Notes: generated by a model not told the origin, from the letters alone. A stretch of DNA of 30,841 nt from Candidatus Bathyarchaeia archaeon (GCA_037481775.1 JBBFKZ010000017.1:1-30841); one strand, 5' to 3'. Shown: positions 1-10,027, numbered from the stretch's first letter. A program made the numbers and translations.

Positions 1-98
1 CTATTCCCGAATTTATAGCGGCTGTTGCAGGCGGCGTGTGGGCTGCAGTTTTCGGCTTCAAGATGCTAAGATTATTTTCACATACAAAATTTTCATAA
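1..98 (+). CDS. Partial (3' end) membrane protein, possibly DUF998-like
   Basis: Frame 3 is open from the window edge: IPEFIAAVAGGVWAAVFGFKMLRLFSHTKFS, TAA at 96-98. Hydrophobic helix followed by a basic tail; converges on the radical SAM gene. Not in the ORF track. Confidence 0.5.
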   Translation, partial: IPEFIAAVAGGVWAAVFGFKMLRLFSHTKFS

Positions 99-137
99 TG
101 CAAATCGCAGCGTTCGTGAAAAATTCCGTTTTATGCG

Positions 138-1142
138 TCACTTCGAAACACTTCGAAAAACTGCGTCAGCATAGATTTGGGCGCAACAGTAAGAGGAAAA
201 GCTTAGCGCATAACCCTGCGCTTCAACGTATTTAACGGCTTCTTCGCTTGGAAACGCTACAGCATCAACCCCCGCCTTCAACGCCAGAACATCAGTTTCA
301 GCACGATGCCGCCCTTTCGGCCGCATACACCCCAACACCAGCGGCGTCTCAGGAAACATTAACCGCGCCATAGCCGTGACTTTAGCCACGTCCAAGGGCG
401 TTGGCGGTTTAGTCGCTGCCATTGCGGTTCCACGTATGGGCATGAAAGCAATAATGACTATGGCGGAGGGCTTCACTGAACCAAGCAGTTTCAGCGCGTC
501 ATATTCACCTTTCAATTGTCCATTCTGAAGGCCAACGACAATATGAGGAACAAAATTTAAGCCCGCTTCCTGCAACGCGTCAAGCGAGCAAGCGTAGTCT
601 CTAACCGTCTGATTCAAGTTGCATACTTCGCGTATAGTCTCATCCGAGCCGATAATATCTATTAGCGCGGCGTCAACACCCGCGGCTTTAAGCGCTACGG
701 CAGCAGCTGCGTCAATTATGCCTGTGTGAACAAAAACCGTTAAACCTAACTTGCGCTTGATCCGCCCGATGACGGGAATAAACGGCGATAGCGGCACAGA
801 TCCGTCTGGGCGACAGCCTCCGCTGATGAGACAGCCGACAACACCGTTTCGTTTAAGTTTTACAGCAAACTCAAAAAGTTTTTCTGGCGTAACTGCTGGC
901 TGCATGGTTTGCAGTATTTTGCCGCCGCAGTGCTTACAGTTAAGCGCACACGCTGTACCAGTAACAGACACTGTAGGAAATTGAGTGGGGAGCGAGCAGT
1001 AGTATTGTGTCTTGTAATGCATGAAGCTTGGCGCATAAAAACGCACAGTTTTGGATGCTGAAACAAGTGTGCCGCTGTCTAGTAAGCGCAGAAGATCTTG
1101 TGGGCTTGCCTGCCAAACCATGTCTGGAGAAAGTGGCGCCAT
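138..1142 (-). CDS. lipS1: Radical SAM protein, archaeal lipoyl synthase LipS1 type (biotin synthase-related)
   Basis: CxxxCxxC (CALNCKHC), ISGG, C-terminal GCMR and CC (SYCCAQ) motifs characteristic of Thermococcus-type LipS1. Confidence 0.75.
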   Translation of the reverse strand: MAPLSPDMVWQASPQDLLRLLDSGTLVSASKTVRFYAPSFMHYKTQYYCSLPTQFPTVSVTGTACALNCKHCGGKILQTMQPAVTPEKLFEFAVKLKRNGVVGCLISGGCRPDGSVPLSPFIPVIGRIKRKLGLTVFVHTGIIDAAAAVALKAAGVDAALIDIIGSDETIREVCNLNQTVRDYACSLDALQEAGLNFVPHIVVGLQNGQLKGEYDALKLLGSVKPSAIVIIAFMPIRGTAMAATKPPTPLDVAKVTAMARLMFPETPLVLGCMRPKGRHRAETDVLALKAGVDAVAFPSEEAVKYVEAQGYALSFSSYCCAQIYADAVFRSVSK

Positions 1143-1178
1143 GATTTTTCGCTATAAAGAAAAACCTTTGCGACGTAC

Positions 1179-1532
1179 TTAATATTTTTCGTTTCGATCT
1201 GCACGCTTTGGCAACTCTTCATTAAATTCCGAAAGCGCCGGCAACATTTTTAGGGCTTCATTTACATCTCCAACCGCGGTTTGCAACTTCTCCAGCCGTT
1301 TCGTAATAGCAAGCGTCTTGTAAATAGCCAAACCACGACGCGTCAAAGCATAACACATCTTCGTTTTGTAATGCTTTTCTTCTACCATTCCACATTTCAG
1401 CAGGAAATCAAGCCGCTGGCGAAGAGCAACGCAGTCCATGTTGCAGACGTAAGCGATGGCGTCAACCGTCAAATGCTTCTCAGCTAATGCGGCTAATATA
1501 GCCTCGTAGAGTTCAAGTTTTGACTTGCGCAT
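1179..1532 (-). CDS. Winged helix-turn-helix transcriptional regulator (archaeal RRSKLE type)
   Basis: MRKSKLELYEAIL...IAYVCNMD...LDFLLKCGMVEE...YALTRRG wHTH pattern. ATG at 1532 preferred over the track start at 1595. Confidence 0.75.
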   Translation of the reverse strand: MRKSKLELYEAILAALAEKHLTVDAIAYVCNMDCVALRQRLDFLLKCGMVEEKHYKTKMCYALTRRGLAIYKTLAITKRLEKLQTAVGDVNEALKMLPALSEFNEELPKRADRNEKY

Positions 1533-1969
1533 GCCTGCACGCTCTGCATCTTCAATGAAAAGCCCTTTTTTAAATAAAGAATTTGTGAAGCCCAAATCTT
1601 AAACCAAAAACACACATAAAACTAAGAATCAACAGTTACTGCAGCAGCTAAAGTACAATCCAAGGCAATTCACCCCATTTCATCCAACCCCCTTCTTCAA
1701 CCACGCATGCCAGAACTCGTAAAACACAGCAAACTCCCACGCAAGTCCATAAACGCTCAACGCAAAACGCCATCACCAACAAACTAAACACAAACAAAAC
1801 GATAAACACCAACTTGGAACATCTCGGTACCGTCATATTTGGCGGCTATTAGCGATTCATTGCAGAAACCTATAGAGGGGCTATTCGCCATTGGTGCTTG
1901 CCGCACCCAAGAAACATTTTTCAAGAAGACAAGAGAGTCCATTTAAAGATAATAAAAGGCGCCACTTTA

Positions 1970-2527
1970 TTAGAATGTATGTTCGCACCTTTTCAGAATG
2001 CAATTACCCTTTTTTAGCAAGGTATTCTCAACTATATCTGCCAGTTTCTCAGGGTTTTTCAGTCCATCGGCATAAGGCACTTCGGAACCTAAGCTTTCTG
2101 TGCTATAAACTCCGCTGAAAGCCAGTATAGGCTTAAATAAGTTGAAAGCGTTTTCTGCTTCTTCCCTAGATTTCACCACCACAATTTTTGGTATGTCCCT
2201 CTTCGCTGCGACAAGCCTTTTAAAGCCTTCAATGAATACGACATCACTGTTTTTGCATTTCTTCAGCAATGCTGATAGAGGCATACTTGCGATAGTAGCT
2301 TTTTCTATGGTGGTGATCTCGTTTGCTGCCGCGCTGATTATGGTCTTTGCGCCCGCCTTTGCATAACGCCACGTGTCTTTGCCCGGCGTGTCAATGGTGA
2401 AATCTGGCTCGGGGACATGCTTAATGGCTGCAACCGCGTAGCCTCTTTGCGTGAGTTCCCGTATTAGGTTTTCTATGGTGGTTGTTTTTCCTGATTTTTT
2501 TGTTCCAACCACAGCTATGACTTGCAT
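1970..2527 (-). CDS. mobB: Molybdopterin-guanine dinucleotide biosynthesis protein B
   Basis: Walker A GTKKSGKTT, AIKH, DTPGKDTWRY, VFIEGFK motifs. Confidence 0.92.
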   Translation of the reverse strand: MQVIAVVGTKKSGKTTTIENLIRELTQRGYAVAAIKHVPEPDFTIDTPGKDTWRYAKAGAKTIISAAANEITTIEKATIASMPLSALLKKCKNSDVVFIEGFKRLVAAKRDIPKIVVVKSREEAENAFNLFKPILAFSGVYSTESLGSEVPYADGLKNPEKLADIVENTLLKKGNCILKRCEHTF

Positions 2528-2537
2528 GATCTTTGCC

Positions 2538-3020
2538 TCAAGTTGTCATTTCTTCTTTAAAGATTGTTTCCAAGTTTTTCTTGCTTATACCTAGTTCTGC
2601 AGCCAAGTTTTTAACCAGCTTAACGTATGTTCTGAATAGACTTTGCAGTATCTCAGCCTTTTCTTTTTCCGACAACTCCTTCTCCTCAGCCAACAACAAC
2701 GCAAACCATTTGCCTAAGTCTGTAAGCTGATAAGCCTTAACCCAGATGACACGACTCTCTGTCTCATTCTTCTCCATCAGTTCGATTAGAACCCCAAGTG
2801 TAGTTAGAGTTTTTAGGTTTTCGATAATCGTTTTATTAGAGTAGTTTAACTGCTTCACGAGATCTTTCTGGTAAATACGCTTGGCTATTCCTTGCTTCAA
2901 CGAAAAACGCAGGATATCAACGCCAGCCTTGGAACCGAATATGGCACTTAAAATCCTGTCCTTCTGCTCAGCGGGAAGAAATACTACATAAGGATGTAAT
3001 TTTACACTCAACACCAACAC
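2538..3020 (-). CDS. Winged-helix DNA-binding protein
   Basis: YQKDLVKQLNYSNKTIIENLKTLTTLGVL HTH and YQLTDLGKW wing; ends 10 bp before mobB. Exact start uncertain. Confidence 0.7.
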   Translation of the reverse strand: MLVLSVKLHPYVVFLPAEQKDRILSAIFGSKAGVDILRFSLKQGIAKRIYQKDLVKQLNYSNKTIIENLKTLTTLGVLIELMEKNETESRVIWVKAYQLTDLGKWFALLLAEEKELSEKEKAEILQSLFRTYVKLVKNLAAELGISKKNLETIFKEEMTT

Positions 3021-3197
3021 CTTCTACACGCCATTGTAACCTTAAGAATTTAAGATTTTTGCTTCAACACTTGACCATCAGCATATGCACCAGCTCGTTA
3101 TTTTGCGCTGCACGCAGTCCATAGGCCCTTTAGATAAAAGAAGAGAAAAGACAGAAACTTTTAGTCAGGACTCAGAACATTGAAAATGCTGACAGCG

Positions 3198-3602
3198 CTA
3201 TTTCTCAAGCGCTTCCTTTATTTTGCTTAAACAGTCTGAAAAATCGACGGGCTTATCGAATTTGATTCCTCGTTTTGAAACACTCAGAATAACATCATAG
3301 CCTTTGCTGGATAATGCTCTTTCCAAGATTTTGAATGTATTGCCTTTCCACAGCTTGCATGTACAGAACAAGATCGCCTTTTTGCCTCTGGTTTTAGGCA
3401 AATGCTCTACAAAATCAGCGGCCACCTTAGCGGGTCTAAAACCTTCGACCGGCGTGCCCAAAATCAGCAAGTCGAAGTCCTCAACAACATCTGGGTTAGA
3501 AGAGGTTATGGCGAAAGCAGGCGCATTTATCGCCGCGGCTATGGCTTCCGCCATGCGCTTAGTATTTCCCGTTCTTGAAAAGTACAATACACAAGGCTTC
3601 AT
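3198..3602 (-). CDS. Flavodoxin-family protein
   Basis: YFSRTGNTKRMAEAIA FMN phosphate loop, DLLILGTPV, KKAILFCT. Confidence 0.88.
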   Translation of the reverse strand: MKPCVLYFSRTGNTKRMAEAIAAAINAPAFAITSSNPDVVEDFDLLILGTPVEGFRPAKVAADFVEHLPKTRGKKAILFCTCKLWKGNTFKILERALSSKGYDVILSVSKRGIKFDKPVDFSDCLSKIKEALEK

Positions 3603-3660
3603 AATCTTAAAGTACGCGGCTTTAGCCTAATATAACCTTCGCTAAATGGAATGCTAAAGG

Positions 3661-4584
3661 CTAAAATTTATAAATCCATCTCAAAAGTTTATGTGCGCTC
3701 TCGATTTCCTCGGAAAGCGGCAGTTGCAGGTAAGCGCCGTGAGTGTTAAAGTATGGCGCTCCTTTTCTAGAGAACAACGTTAAAATCTTGCCATCATGGT
3801 TGAGCTTAAAACCTTCTTGACACGGCTCATGGCCCCTTATCAGAACCTTAACACCCAGCATATCCAGAACCTTGTCGGTGACGTCTTTGCCGAATAGTCG
3901 GCCCGCGCCTCTGGGTGAATACAGCGCCCCGTTAACCTCGTCAACAGGATCGCTCCACAATAATTCTTCAAGATAAGTCTGTTCAGGATGCAGTTTATGC
4001 GCAAGAGCCAAATCTTGAATGCCTCGGATGTTTGAGGGCAAGCCGCCGTGAACCATCAAGTACCGCTCTTCTACAAGCAATGCATTGTAGAGATAACTGA
4101 ACAACTCTTGAACCTTTGAATACACAGCGCGCCAGTTTTCCTTGAATCTGAGCTGAAACTGAAGAGGCAGGTCATGCGGCGAAGCCAGCAAATCACTTGG
4201 TCCCTCATGGTTCCCACGCAAAAGCACAACTTGCTTCGGAAAGGCAAGCTTAAGCCGTAAAACAGTGTAGTAGACCTCTGCTGAACAGGCGCCTCTGTCG
4301 CCATAATCACCTAGGAAAACTACGAAGGCATCGTTATGCTTCGCCAATTTCTCAGCGAAGCCACTGCTTTCAAGGATAAGACGAAGGCTTTCTATGTCTC
4401 CGTGCAAATCACCAATTACCAACGCTTCACCTGAAGGCTTAAGCGTAAGCAAGCGCTCCGAAGCAGTTAAGTGCCCAAATCTGCCGCTTTCATCACGTAG
4501 CAGCAATATAGCGGCATCCACAATTTTAAGAAAATCGCTGCTCTGGGCAGTCATTGACTTCTTGATTATTAACTCGAGATTCAT
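3661..4584 (-). CDS. PPP-family serine/threonine protein phosphatase
   Basis: GDLHG, GDYGDRG, LRGNHE, HGG, LLWSDP, SPRGAG, IRGHE, TLFS motifs of PP1/PP2A-like enzymes. Start ATG 4584 (track 4602). Confidence 0.92.
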   Translation of the reverse strand: MNLELIIKKSMTAQSSDFLKIVDAAILLLRDESGRFGHLTASERLLTLKPSGEALVIGDLHGDIESLRLILESSGFAEKLAKHNDAFVVFLGDYGDRGACSAEVYYTVLRLKLAFPKQVVLLRGNHEGPSDLLASPHDLPLQFQLRFKENWRAVYSKVQELFSYLYNALLVEERYLMVHGGLPSNIRGIQDLALAHKLHPEQTYLEELLWSDPVDEVNGALYSPRGAGRLFGKDVTDKVLDMLGVKVLIRGHEPCQEGFKLNHDGKILTLFSRKGAPYFNTHGAYLQLPLSEEIESAHKLLRWIYKF

Positions 4585-4603
4585 GCCAAAAGTACACTTC
4601 ACA

Positions 4604-5884
4604 CTACAAAATTTGGATTTTTACACCCAAAGAACCGTAAACATTCTTTTCGATTGCCCGTTTCAGATTGTCGATTTTTTCCAGCGTCTCCCGGTAAGCA
4701 CGCTCTTTGATGGCTTCATGAGCCTCAACACTCATTTTTCTAGCTTTAAACTGATTAGCCTGCTCTTGATACTCAGCAAGAGTAGCTTTTATCTCTTCCA
4801 TCTTTGCTGAATTCAGAATTTGCCTTTCCCGCGTAGCCATCTCTATGCAGCGCTGTTGCAAAGCCCACAAAGAATCATGAAGTATTTCATTTATGGTCTG
4901 CTCTGCCTTTTTCGCCTTGTCGGGTTTTAGTTTAAGCTTACCCTCGCTTATTAGGCGAGCCAATTTCTGCAAAATCTGCTTTAGCAGTGGGTAACCATCT
5001 TTCTCAATTGTCAGAGCCTCGAAGGGCTTTTCCAAATAGTGATTAAGTATATTCAGCTCCTCAAGCGTTAAACCGGCGCCGCCGCCTTGTGTAGCCATTG
5101 CTTGCATTTTTTTGAAGGGTTTCTGCAGATGCCGCAACGCCTGCTTTGTTTCATTATTCAAGGCGCCTATTTCTGTCTCCACGAGAAAAAGCTGGTCGAT
5201 TGGACCCTTGCTTTTCAAATCGGCAATTTTTTGTTCCAGTTCAGCGATTTCTTTCTCTAAAGGCAAGCGCTCGTTCACAACGCTTGTTCGTTCCGCTTCA
5301 ATCTCCACTAACTGCCTTTCAAGATTACGCAGTTCATCAATTAGCTGGAATGTGTCCTCCAAAGTTTTGGTTTTAACGTAATCTTTTGATAGAAAATCGT
5401 TTAAGGCGGCTAATGCGATTTTTGCTTTTTCATAAACTGTTAAGAATTTTCTTCTATCCATAATAAAGAAGGGCGAAAGACGCGGAAACCAGTTTCTAAT
5501 ATCGATGTCTATTACAAGAAATACTTTCTGAGCTTCTTGAGCAAACCTGTTCAAGCTGTCATAAGAGACCTGTTCGGGAACACTAACTTTCCTGAGGCGT
5601 TCCAAAAAAAGGCGAGCCAACTTGTTTAAGGCCCTGGCACGGTTGTAAACGCGCATATTTCTTTTTTCAATTTCTTTTGCGCTGTTGTCAAAAAGCATTT
5701 TGCTTGCATCTGCAACGCTTTGGACCGCCTCGCGCACATCGTCTCGCAACTTCTGTGCTTGCGCATGCACCGGCGTTAGAATAGAGCTAGTTTGATCTGT
5801 AAGCCAACTTTTGATTTCAGCGGAAGAAAACTTTAGGGCGTCAGGCAATATTTTCACTCCAAGATTATTATTAGCGAGGCGCAT
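4604..5884 (-). CDS. Hypothetical long coiled-coil protein
   Basis: 426 aa, rich in L/E/K/Q with heptad patterns (LEKEIAELEQKIADLK); no catalytic motif seen; directly upstream of the phosphatase. Confidence 0.75.
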   Translation of the reverse strand: MRLANNNLGVKILPDALKFSSAEIKSWLTDQTSSILTPVHAQAQKLRDDVREAVQSVADASKMLFDNSAKEIEKRNMRVYNRARALNKLARLFLERLRKVSVPEQVSYDSLNRFAQEAQKVFLVIDIDIRNWFPRLSPFFIMDRRKFLTVYEKAKIALAALNDFLSKDYVKTKTLEDTFQLIDELRNLERQLVEIEAERTSVVNERLPLEKEIAELEQKIADLKSKGPIDQLFLVETEIGALNNETKQALRHLQKPFKKMQAMATQGGGAGLTLEELNILNHYLEKPFEALTIEKDGYPLLKQILQKLARLISEGKLKLKPDKAKKAEQTINEILHDSLWALQQRCIEMATRERQILNSAKMEEIKATLAEYQEQANQFKARKMSVEAHEAIKERAYRETLEKIDNLKRAIEKNVYGSLGVKIQIL

Positions 5885-5967
5885 TTATCAGTTTTTGGCA
5901 AAAAATTTCACTCTTTTTTGAGTAGCTACGCTTAAATAATTATAATGACAACTAAGGCTGACCAAAA

Positions 5968-6549
5968 ATGAACACAAAAACATTAGCCACAACAATAATA
6001 TTCGCTGCCCTCACAGTAGCGCTTAATCCAAGCATCTCAGGAATAGGCGTTCCAGCGCCATACGCGCCATTCCTCATATACGGCTTATGGGAAATTCCCA
6101 TAGTCACAGCATTCCTAATAGTCAACCCCACAGCAGCGATCTTAATTGCGCTTCTAAACTCCGCCGTCTTGTTCGCGTTTTTCCCCGGAGCTCTTCCAAC
6201 AGGCCCCCTCTACAACCTCATAGCAGTATTCTCTACGCTACTAGGACTCTACATAGCTCAAAAAGTCATAAAACACAAAAGCACAGAGCAACAAAAAGCA
6301 CTTAAAATCGTTGCGGCATCAACAATCCTTGGCATCATTCTACGAACATCGCTTATGACAGCAGTGAACTATATCACACTGCGTCAACCGTACCCGTTCG
6401 GTTTTGAATTAGAAGAAATGGCGGTGCTTGCGTTCCTTCCCTCAGGCGCCCTATTCAACTGTACAGTAGCGCTCTACACTATTCCAATAGGAGAATTCAT
6501 AGCCAACGTTGTCAAATCGCGGTTGAAACTGGAAAAATTAGAAACCTAA
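5968..6549 (+). CDS. ECF transporter S-component-like membrane protein (substrate unknown)
   Basis: 193 aa, about 6 TM helices, N-terminal TKTLATTIIFAALTVAL, PFLIYGLWEIP and FNCTVA patterns typical of archaeal S components. Confidence 0.7.
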   Translation: MNTKTLATTIIFAALTVALNPSISGIGVPAPYAPFLIYGLWEIPIVTAFLIVNPTAAILIALLNSAVLFAFFPGALPTGPLYNLIAVFSTLLGLYIAQKVIKHKSTEQQKALKIVAASTILGIILRTSLMTAVNYITLRQPYPFGFELEEMAVLAFLPSGALFNCTVALYTIPIGEFIANVVKSRLKLEKLET

Positions 6550-7503
6550 AGACTGCAGCAACACATCAGGATCAAGTTTTCCAGCTTTGAAAACTCTGCC
6601 AGTTTTCGCATTATTTACAATCAATGTTGCCGGCGCGAAGAGGTTGTGATCTATCTTGTAGAAGTCGCGGTCTGCTTCACGGAAAATCTGCAGAAAAGGC
6701 TTGCCATAATCCTTTGACGTCCCAGAAGGCGCTTGCTCAACAATCTTTTTCAACGCAGCCTCATCCTCGTAGTCAACGGTGCAGTACACCGTGCCGCCAT
6801 AAAGTATAGCGTCATTAGTCCTTGCCATCGCCACCTCAAAATCAGGGCAAACCGGCGGAATAGGCGCGTAACCGCATGCATAACGAATAAATTTCGGGCT
6901 TAAACCAAGCGTCCTCAGCTTATGAATGCCAACCTCAACTATTCGCCCTGTAACTTGAACTAGACCAGCGATGCTTGCAGTAGGCGCCACAACCACGAGC
7001 AAGTTCTCCACCTTAACATTGCAGGCGCCAGCCACCTTCTCGATGAGCATATCCGACGGCAGAATATTACTCTCAAGCGTTAACACTGCCTTGTCAGATA
7101 AATCCTTGTAACCTATTTCCTCATAAATCTCTTTAGGCTTCAGCGCCAAAGCCCGCGCCGGCCCTGAACCTATCGCTATAGAGCCATCGCTTTCTTTTAT
7201 GCGCCATCCAGCAAACTGCGAACCTAACGCGGCAACAGCGGGACTGTCCGTGCAAACGGTTATAGAGGGAAGCGACATGGCGCCGTAACTTTTGAACTCT
7301 ATATTTGCCCTTCCACAGCCACCCATGCAAAGTTCGGTGAGAATAAGCCCTGCTTGGAACCCGCCAGAAGTATGCACACCAGCGTCTATGACGGTGGCGC
7401 CTGCACTTGACTTTGAAACTTTAACACCATAAAAATCCGGATTGCTTAGCAAGTGCTCGGCTAGTTTCCATGCCATGCAATTTACGCTTAAAGCGCTATT
7501 CAT
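6538..7503 (-). CDS. mch: Methenyltetrahydromethanopterin cyclohydrolase
   Basis: LGSQFAGW, GSGPARAL, APTASIAGLVQV, RTNDAILYGG, DFYKIDHNLFAP motifs. Confidence 0.96.
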   Translation of the reverse strand: MNSALSVNCMAWKLAEHLLSNPDFYGVKVSKSSAGATVIDAGVHTSGGFQAGLILTELCMGGCGRANIEFKSYGAMSLPSITVCTDSPAVAALGSQFAGWRIKESDGSIAIGSGPARALALKPKEIYEEIGYKDLSDKAVLTLESNILPSDMLIEKVAGACNVKVENLLVVVAPTASIAGLVQVTGRIVEVGIHKLRTLGLSPKFIRYACGYAPIPPVCPDFEVAMARTNDAILYGGTVYCTVDYEDEAALKKIVEQAPSGTSKDYGKPFLQIFREADRDFYKIDHNLFAPATLIVNNAKTGRVFKAGKLDPDVLLQSLGF

Positions 7504-7515
7504 AGGCTTAAGCCT

Positions 7516-8328
7516 CTAAAGAAACCTTTCGTAGTGACTTAAGTGCGGATTAGCCGTTTTGGAGACAAAGAGCTTGCCTCTGCCGTCTTCTGCCAGATCG
7601 CCGAGAAACACGTAGAACGGCCCGTTAACGGATTCAGAATCATCCACCTTCACTTTCGGCTTTATACTGTCAATTGTGAAGGTAGGCATGACTTCTTCAA
7701 GATAACCGCCAACCACGATTTTGCCGCCGGTCATGCATGCACCTACACGGGTGCCACATTCTTTTTGAACATAAATTGTACCTTCGACCATACGGAAGCC
7801 TAGGAATTGCTTGACGCTACCACGGATTTTGATGACGCCGCCACGCATGTAAACTCCCGAGTCACTGCCCACATTGCCATCAACAATTATTGTGCCACCG
7901 CGCATGCCAGCACTGCTGCCTCGGTACGGTGAAGCTAAATAATCGCCTGCGTTACCGTGGATCTCAATTAATCCGCCTTTCATTTCGGATCCAGCCCATC
8001 CACCTGCGTTGCCGTTCACGGTGATTTTGCCTCCGGACATTTTTTCTCCCAAGTGCATGCCTATGTTGCCGTTGATGACGATTTCACCATCTTTCATGGC
8101 TTTGCCTACAAAACGCACTTCGCTTGCGTCACCGTTAATAACTATATCAGGCGTTTCCGTGCTGCTCTCTTCTATCTTAAATAGGTCGCCAAGTGTTTTT
8201 TGCTTGTTGCCTTCCCAAACTTCCAGTTTAGCAATTTCAGCCCGCGACTTGCCTTTGAACACATCAGGGCTTATGCATTCAGCTATAACTGGAAACTGGA
8301 ACTTTTTGAGGGGAGATAGCACTATCAT
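7516..8328 (-). CDS. fwdC: Formylmethanofuran dehydrogenase subunit C
   Basis: Beta-helix GxxMxGGxIxVxGN repeats, AECISPDVF, YRGSSAGMRGG. ATG at 8328 lies just after the fwdA stop (track start 8361). Confidence 0.95.
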   Translation of the reverse strand: MIVLSPLKKFQFPVIAECISPDVFKGKSRAEIAKLEVWEGNKQKTLGDLFKIEESSTETPDIVINGDASEVRFVGKAMKDGEIVINGNIGMHLGEKMSGGKITVNGNAGGWAGSEMKGGLIEIHGNAGDYLASPYRGSSAGMRGGTIIVDGNVGSDSGVYMRGGVIKIRGSVKQFLGFRMVEGTIYVQKECGTRVGACMTGGKIVVGGYLEEVMPTFTIDSIKPKVKVDDSESVNGPFYVFLGDLAEDGRGKLFVSKTANPHLSHYERFL

Positions 8329-8330
8329 CT

Positions 8331-10025
8331 TTAAACATCCGCCTTTATTGTTAATGGGCATGAAACTTTAACGTAATGGTCATACACAGGATAATTGTCG
8401 TACTCAACTGTCCAGTACTCCTTGAATCGACGTTTCATTTCCTCATCCACCTTAACCTGCTCGGCTGTTTTCACGTCAAGCCACATCGTCTTGCCATCCA
8501 CATGCCGCAGTATCTCGCCATCCTTAACCACGATTTCACCGTCTTTGATAGTATATGCCGCGTTACCAAAAGCACGACGAACCGCCTTATACTTCTTGGA
8601 TATGTCAATTTTCTCGGGGTTAATATCATAGATAGCGATGTCCGCATCGGCGCCAACGCCCAAATGACCCTTATTCTTCAAACCTAAAGCTTTAGCCTGT
8701 CCGGCACGGGTAACGATTGCGATGTCATAAAGCGTAAACTCACGCTTTATCGAAGGCAGCAAACTAAGCTTCTGGGCTTTCTTGTGGCATTTCTTCAACG
8801 TTGCCATCCGCGCTTTTTTACTTATCAACCAAGCAATTATCTTCGGATAAGCAAAGAAAGGCCCACCGTTCGGGTGATCCGTGGTCAGAAACATTTTCCA
8901 AGGATCCTTAACCAGCAACGCCAGCTCCAACGCTATTGACCACTGGGTGGCGTTCACGGCGTTGTTGCGTTTATAGTGGAAGGGAATTATGCCGCCGCTT
9001 GTTTCCGTTTCTACATCGCTGTTAACCCACTTGTGTCCACTTAACTCGTAAAGCGTAAACTCGAAGGGCCCATCAGCCGTCATGGTAGTTGTATCAGTAA
9101 ATATAACCTGTCCCATGTCAAAGGTCAAGTGATTATGAGCGTTAATATATTTGGCTATTTCCTCAGCACCCGAGCGCATTGTGCCCCAATCATCGCCCGC
9201 GAAACTACTGAACTGCAGATGAGTAATGTGCGCCACGGGCTTATCATCTGTAGCTACGCTTTCCAACGCGCGCATAGTATCCAGCGTTGTCACGTAATTT
9301 CCAGGCAGCCCTAAATTGTTAGTGTGAAGATGAATTGTATGCGGCAAATTCAGCATTTTATTAACTTTAGCCAAACCACACATTATATCGCGTGGCGTAA
9401 TTCCAAAGTAGGGAACTTGATCGTCTATTGTGCGCACGTTTCTTCCGAAACCCCAAGATTCTAAGCCGCCGGGATTAACGATTTTTATGGCGTAACCCTT
9501 GGTTGCGGCAATCATCCATGCCACGTATCGTGCACACTCGGTTAAATCGCCTTCACGCAAATACTCAAGCACAAACCACCAGTCGCCTAGAAGAGGATAA
9601 GTTGCCTTGTCCAGCATCGGCGTATCGTTCAATTCCTCATGCGTATGCTTAGCCTCTAACGGCGGCATCGATGGATTCATTATCGTTGTATAGCCCATTT
9701 TCGAGTAGCGATAACCCGTCACGAAAGTAGAGGGCACAGAGTAGCCGACACCTGAACGTGTTACCGCAGTTTTCCGCACAATATCTTTAACGTGATCTTC
9801 TGGCCGCATGAGCCTGCCAGTATTCACTTCCGCACCAGCAATATGCGTGTGGATATCCACGCCGCCAGGCATAATTGTCAAGCCCGCGGCGTCGATTACC
9901 TTGGCCTTCCGTTCGTTCACTGACTCAACTATCTTGCCGTTTTTGACGGCGATGTCCATTTTTTCGCCATTAATTCCGTTTATGGGGTCAAAGACGAAAC
10001 CGTTTTTGATTAACAGTTCAGTCAT
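8331..10025 (-). CDS. fwdA: Formylmethanofuran dehydrogenase subunit A (amidohydrolase)
   Basis: DIHTHIAG, KIVNPGG, HLHTNNLG, TTDHPNGGPF, GHLGVGADADIAIY. Confidence 0.97.
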   Translation of the reverse strand: MTELLIKNGFVFDPINGINGEKMDIAVKNGKIVESVNERKAKVIDAAGLTIMPGGVDIHTHIAGAEVNTGRLMRPEDHVKDIVRKTAVTRSGVGYSVPSTFVTGYRYSKMGYTTIMNPSMPPLEAKHTHEELNDTPMLDKATYPLLGDWWFVLEYLREGDLTECARYVAWMIAATKGYAIKIVNPGGLESWGFGRNVRTIDDQVPYFGITPRDIMCGLAKVNKMLNLPHTIHLHTNNLGLPGNYVTTLDTMRALESVATDDKPVAHITHLQFSSFAGDDWGTMRSGAEEIAKYINAHNHLTFDMGQVIFTDTTTMTADGPFEFTLYELSGHKWVNSDVETETSGGIIPFHYKRNNAVNATQWSIALELALLVKDPWKMFLTTDHPNGGPFFAYPKIIAWLISKKARMATLKKCHKKAQKLSLLPSIKREFTLYDIAIVTRAGQAKALGLKNKGHLGVGADADIAIYDINPEKIDISKKYKAVRRAFGNAAYTIKDGEIVVKDGEILRHVDGKTMWLDVKTAEQVKVDEEMKRRFKEYWTVEYDNYPVYDHYVKVSCPLTIKADV

Positions 10026-10027
10026 CT

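Noticed and set aside
139-158. Tandem 10-bp repeat CACTTCGAAA x2 at the end of lipS1
   Set aside because: Only two copies with no spacer; most likely a small local duplication, not CRISPR or a functional array.
7860-8120. Repetitive sequence within fwdC
   Set aside because: Explained by the protein's beta-helix GxxMxGG repeats.
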